IMG/VR virus record: IMGVR_UViG_3300028586_000026
Span: 1-57,813 of that record
Origin: a virus
Lineage: Duplodnaviria; Caudoviricetes
DNA length: 57,813 nt
Strand: one strand, 5' to 3'
In this document: positions 54,373 to 57,813 of the stretch, one piece after another
How positions within the stretch are numbered: the stretch's first letter is position 1
Layout: each line of letters opens with the position of its first letter
Program-made: the position numbers and the translations under genes
Notes under the pieces: generated by a model
What the model was told of the DNA's origin: nothing
Database searches by the model: none
Seen by the model: the letters and a program-made list of their open reading frames with translations, nothing else

Positions 54373-54537
54373 CTACTTGGTCTCGTAGCTGCGGCGCCCA
54401 TCGCCGCTGAGCATCTTGTTCGGCGGACGGCGGACCGTCTTCGGCCCGCGGTCGCGCAGGGCGTCGGCAGCGGCCTGGCCGGTCCGGACGTCGGCCGGCT
54501 TGCTGGCGCCCTGACCGGCCTTCGCGTCGTCGCTCAC
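54373..54537 (-). CDS. Small hypothetical protein (54 aa, not in ORF track)
   Basis: GTGA overlap; ends PPNKMLSGDGRRSYETK. Confidence 0.55.
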   Translation of the reverse strand: MSDDAKAGQGASKPADVRTGQAAADALRDRGPKTVRRPPNKMLSGDGRRSYETK

Positions 54538-55007
54538 GCGACCGGACCCAGCAGGCCGGACTCGCTGGTCACACCGCCGCCGGTGCGCTCGACCATCGCG
54601 GCCCGGCGCTGCTGCTCGGCCTTGATGATCGCGTCGGCTTCCTCCCAGGTGGCGGGGTCGCGACCCGCGATCTTCTTGGCCAGCGCCATGCGCTTCAGGC
54701 CGTGGGCCTCCAGCACGTCCGCCGGGATCTCGACGGCGCTACGACGCGCCTCGTCTTGGGTCTCATCGACCAGGCCGGAGCCCGCTTGCTTCTCCGGCAG
54801 CGAGCCGGACCGGTAGACGGACTCGTGCGGGACCGCGGTGCCGTCGTCGTGCAGCTTCTTCGCGGCGGCCGGCTTGAAGCCCGCGATCTCGCCGATGGTG
54901 TACGGCAGGGTGGTCTCGGCGAAGACCATCGGCACGAGGCCGCGGTGGTTCTTGCGCGCCATCTCCTCGTAGTGGCGCAGGTCGAGCTTGGTGTTGTTCG
55001 CCAGCAT
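54534..55007 (-). CDS. Hypothetical head-region protein
   Basis: AAGGA RBS; follows the capsid gene. Confidence 0.65.
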   Translation of the reverse strand: MLANNTKLDLRHYEEMARKNHRGLVPMVFAETTLPYTIGEIAGFKPAAAKKLHDDGTAVPHESVYRSGSLPEKQAGSGLVDETQDEARRSAVEIPADVLEAHGLKRMALAKKIAGRDPATWEEADAIIKAEQQRRAAMVERTGGGVTSESGLLGPVA

Positions 55008-55078
55008 GTCCGCTGTCCTTGATCCTGAACCTCAGCGGGCCGCCGGCTCATTCCGGCGGCCCATGATCATCGCCCCGA

Positions 55079-56506
55079 TCAGGTGGCGGACAGGGAGCCC
55101 CAGCGGGCGTGACGGAGGACGGACACCGCCTGATCGTAGTTCAGGGCGATGTCGTGCTGAGCCTCCATCAGCACGGCCATCATGTTCTGCTGGAACAGGT
55201 GGACGAGCGAGCCCGTGCCGGGATCGATGGTGGCTTCCATCGAGGTGCGGACGGTGATGTCCTCCTCGTCGCCGTAGAGCACGTTGCTCCAGTCGACGAG
55301 CGCCAGGGTGGACTCGTCGGTGGTGGCGCCGCCGTTCGAGGGGAACTGCGTGGTCACCAGCACCCGGAAGCCCTTCCAGGTCGGATTGTCGCTGTTCAGC
55401 TCTGGATAGATGTACTGCCCGTTGGCGCCGCGGGCGTCCGCCAGGTAGCGCATCAGGTGGTAGTTCATCGTCCAGGCGAAGCGGTTGGTCGCCGGGATGT
55501 TGGCGTCGGTGATCGCCAGGATCATCCGAGTGGCGACGCGGTCGAGCTCGGCCACGGTCGGGGCCTTCGGGTTGGCGAACAGCGCGGTATCGCCGGTGGC
55601 CGAAGCATCGAAGGCGTTCACGTTCGGCCGGTTCAGGATGCCGAGCGGGGTGTAGTTCGTACCGGCGCCGAAGTAGCAGGCCAGGTCCATGTTCTGCGCC
55701 AGCGTGCGGCGCAGGTCGTCGCGGATGTAGGCCTGCAGGTCGGGCAGCGACCACTTGAGCGCCTCCATCGTCACCATGACGATGCCGGCGATCTTCTTCG
55801 ACCGCATGGAGATGCCGTTGAAGGTCGGCGAACCGACCGGCTTCTTCATGCCCTCGCCGACGTACCCGGCGGTGGACGAGGTCGCGCCGCGCGGCTGGTT
55901 GAACTGGCCGCCGATGAGGGGCACGCGCCGCGGGTTCGCCGCCAGGAACGTGGTCTCGCCGCGCAGCAGCTCGATGATGGTGTTGGCGTTGGGGGTCGGC
56001 AGCAGGATGCCGCCGTCGGCCGAGGTCAGGGTGGTGTTGGTCTTCTCGCGCCGACGGGCGGCGTTCGCGGAGGCCCGATCCTTCAGGGTCTTCACGAAGC
56101 CCTCGTAGCCCTCCTCGCCGAGGATCTCGACCGGCGATTTGGCGATGCCGGACTGGAGGAAGGCGCGGCTCTTGGCGGAGGCGGCGGCCATGAGCGTGGC
56201 CTCGTCGAGGACGCTCATCTTCTCGGCCGGCTGGGCGTAGGCGAAGCGGCCATCGTTGGCGGCGGTCCGCTCCAGCACCTCGGTGCCGGCAGCGGCCGAG
56301 GCCGAGCGGGTGGTGGAGGCGTCGAGAGCCTCCTGCCGCTCGGCGTCCTTGACCATGTCCAGCGCCTTCTCGGCCGCGGTCAGCGCGTCCTTGTAGGCGG
56401 TGCGGTCAGCGTCGGTGGCGTTGTCGGCCACGGCCTTCGCGCGTGCGGCGGTCGCCGCGTCGCGGGCAGCCTTCAGCTTCTCGCGGAGCTCAGCGAGTGT
56501 GGGCAT
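55079..56506 (-). CDS. HK97-fold major capsid protein
   Basis: Coiled-coil delta domain, DGGILLP, YVGEG, G.GT..PLGI, FQQNM. Confidence 0.92.
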   Translation of the reverse strand: MPTLAELREKLKAARDAATAARAKAVADNATDADRTAYKDALTAAEKALDMVKDAERQEALDASTTRSASAAAGTEVLERTAANDGRFAYAQPAEKMSVLDEATLMAAASAKSRAFLQSGIAKSPVEILGEEGYEGFVKTLKDRASANAARRREKTNTTLTSADGGILLPTPNANTIIELLRGETTFLAANPRRVPLIGGQFNQPRGATSSTAGYVGEGMKKPVGSPTFNGISMRSKKIAGIVMVTMEALKWSLPDLQAYIRDDLRRTLAQNMDLACYFGAGTNYTPLGILNRPNVNAFDASATGDTALFANPKAPTVAELDRVATRMILAITDANIPATNRFAWTMNYHLMRYLADARGANGQYIYPELNSDNPTWKGFRVLVTTQFPSNGGATTDESTLALVDWSNVLYGDEEDITVRTSMEATIDPGTGSLVHLFQQNMMAVLMEAQHDIALNYDQAVSVLRHARWGSLSAT

Positions 56507-56584
56507 TGCTGTGTTCCTCTTGGAAAAGGTGGCCGCGCCCGCAGGTCGCCACCGGGTTGCCGCCTCGGCTGATCTGCGGGCGGA

Positions 56585-57646
56585 TTACGCGGGGACGTGC
56601 TGCCCCATCTCGGTGTCGAGGGCCGCCATGCGGGCGTCGGCCTCGATGATCTCGTGCTTGGCGATCAGCGCCGGCAGGTCAGCCGCCATGCCGGCGGCCG
56701 CCTTCTGCTCCGGCGTCGGCTCGGGGGCGGGCTTCTCGCCGTCCTCTTCCGGCTTCGGATCGGCTGCCTCCGTCTTGCCCTTCATGCCGAGCGCCTTGGC
56801 GATTCGACCGAGCAGGCTCTCGTCCTTCTCGATCGCCTCGACCACGCGCTCGGCCTTGGACGGCTTCACCGGCTCGAGGACGGGCGCGCCACCTTCGCCG
56901 GCCTTCACCTCGAACGTCTTGCCGTCGAACACCACGGTGCTCTTGGTCGGCCCGGCGCCACGGTGCGCATCCTCGAAAGCCTTACGCGGGACGATCAAGC
57001 CGTTATCGATCGTCCAGGTGTCGAGCACCTCCTCGATCATCTCGCGGGCCATGACGTCGCCCTCGGCCGCGGCCTTGGCCAGCGCGGCGGGGTTCGCCGG
57101 GACGGTGCAGGGCGAGCACTCGTAGAGCTCGGCCTCGTGGATCATGTAGCCCGAGTAGAAGTAGCTGCCCTGCTGATCCTCCGGCACCTCGCGGCGCTCA
57201 ATGGAGGTGGGCATGAAGCCGATGGAGCAGGCGCGCACGCTGCCGGCGGCGAAGTGGATCGCGAGGCGGTCGGCCATGGGCTCGCCCTGCACCAGGGTGA
57301 GCGTGCCCTCGGTGCGCTTCGGCCGGCCGGTGAGGGTCTTCTCCAGATCCGACCACGTGCCGACGGGCGGATCGCCGGCGCGGTGCGACCATGGCGCGAC
57401 CGGGTTCTTCTCGAACTCGGTGGTGTCCAGGCCGGCCTGCACGACGATGTCGCGGTCGCGATCCTCGATCTCGGCCGACATGACGAAGCGGATGGTGCCC
57501 GCCTCTTTGTCGAACTTCGCCTTCACGATGCCGGTGGGCGCGGCCTTGATGATGACGCCCGAATCCCGGGCGAAGTGCTTCCGCTCCACGCCGCCGTAGC
57601 CGCGCGAGCCCAGGTATTCGTCGATCGAGACACGCTTCGAGGCCAT
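56585..57646 (-). CDS. Prohead maturation protease
   Basis: DRDRDIV, NPV..WSH, SIGF, ELYECSPCTVPANPAA. Confidence 0.88.
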   Translation of the reverse strand: MASKRVSIDEYLGSRGYGGVERKHFARDSGVIIKAAPTGIVKAKFDKEAGTIRFVMSAEIEDRDRDIVVQAGLDTTEFEKNPVAPWSHRAGDPPVGTWSDLEKTLTGRPKRTEGTLTLVQGEPMADRLAIHFAAGSVRACSIGFMPTSIERREVPEDQQGSYFYSGYMIHEAELYECSPCTVPANPAALAKAAAEGDVMAREMIEEVLDTWTIDNGLIVPRKAFEDAHRGAGPTKSTVVFDGKTFEVKAGEGGAPVLEPVKPSKAERVVEAIEKDESLLGRIAKALGMKGKTEAADPKPEEDGEKPAPEPTPEQKAAAGMAADLPALIAKHEIIEADARMAALDTEMGQHVPA

Positions 57647-57813
57647 CAGGCTGCTCCTGCTGCGTCGTAGGCGAGGCGCAAGCCGGCGCCCTTGCCCGCG
57701 TTGTTGTCGGGGCTCTCGCTCTCACCAGCGCCCGGCTGCGTGGCGTTCTGGCCGGTGCCTGCCTGGATCACCGTGCCGTCAGGACCGATCAGGCTCATGT
57801 TCACCGGGACCAT
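57646..57813 (-). CDS. Portal protein, 3' end (wraps from base 1)
   Basis: ...GLRLAYDAAGAA-TGA overlapping the protease ATG. Confidence 0.85.
   Translation of the reverse strand: MVPVNMSLIGPDGTVIQAGTGQNATQPGAGESESPDNNAGKGAGLRLAYDAAGAA
57676..57813. repeat. Terminal direct repeat, right copy
   Basis: Matches 1-138 with one mismatch. Confidence 0.95.

Noticed and set aside
55109-57670. Plus-strand 487-aa and 357-aa ORFs
   Set aside because: Antisense shadows of the capsid and protease genes.

Overview
The window is an apparently complete, circularly permuted temperate siphovirus genome of about 57.7 kb with an HK97-like head and a GTA-like tail module. Bases 1-138 repeat at 57676-57813 with one mismatch, and the portal gene reads in frame across the join. 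attP is intact (3' half of a CAT-anticodon tRNA overlapping the integrase stop), so this is the excised or circular form. The host is probably a high-GC alphaproteobacterium of the Hyphomicrobiales (Methylobacterium-like). That is an inference from MucR, a GapR-like gene, an alpha-type LexA box and GTA-like tail genes. Layout: late operon on the minus strand (tRNA-Tyr, HNH, terminase, head, tail, lysis); minus-strand cro/replication/NusG arm; cI switch with operators; plus-strand early arm (RecE-like, Sak4-like, DNA methyltransferases, xis, int); and a moron block beyond attP. The most unusual observations are (1) a ~235-nt structured intergenic RNA candidate with a mutually exclusive or kissing-loop pairing, (2) a 118-aa minimal kinase-fold gene between HNH and terS, (3) late tail-end/lysis proteins with Sec-type signal peptides and a shared GWLSxIY motif, (4) a tRNA-Tyr lacking U8/A21/Y48, (5) an HNH gene flanked by a duplicated C-terminus of its upstream neighbour, and (6) tandem phage-borne nucleoid-associated proteins. 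All family assignments come from motif recognition by eye; no database searches were run.
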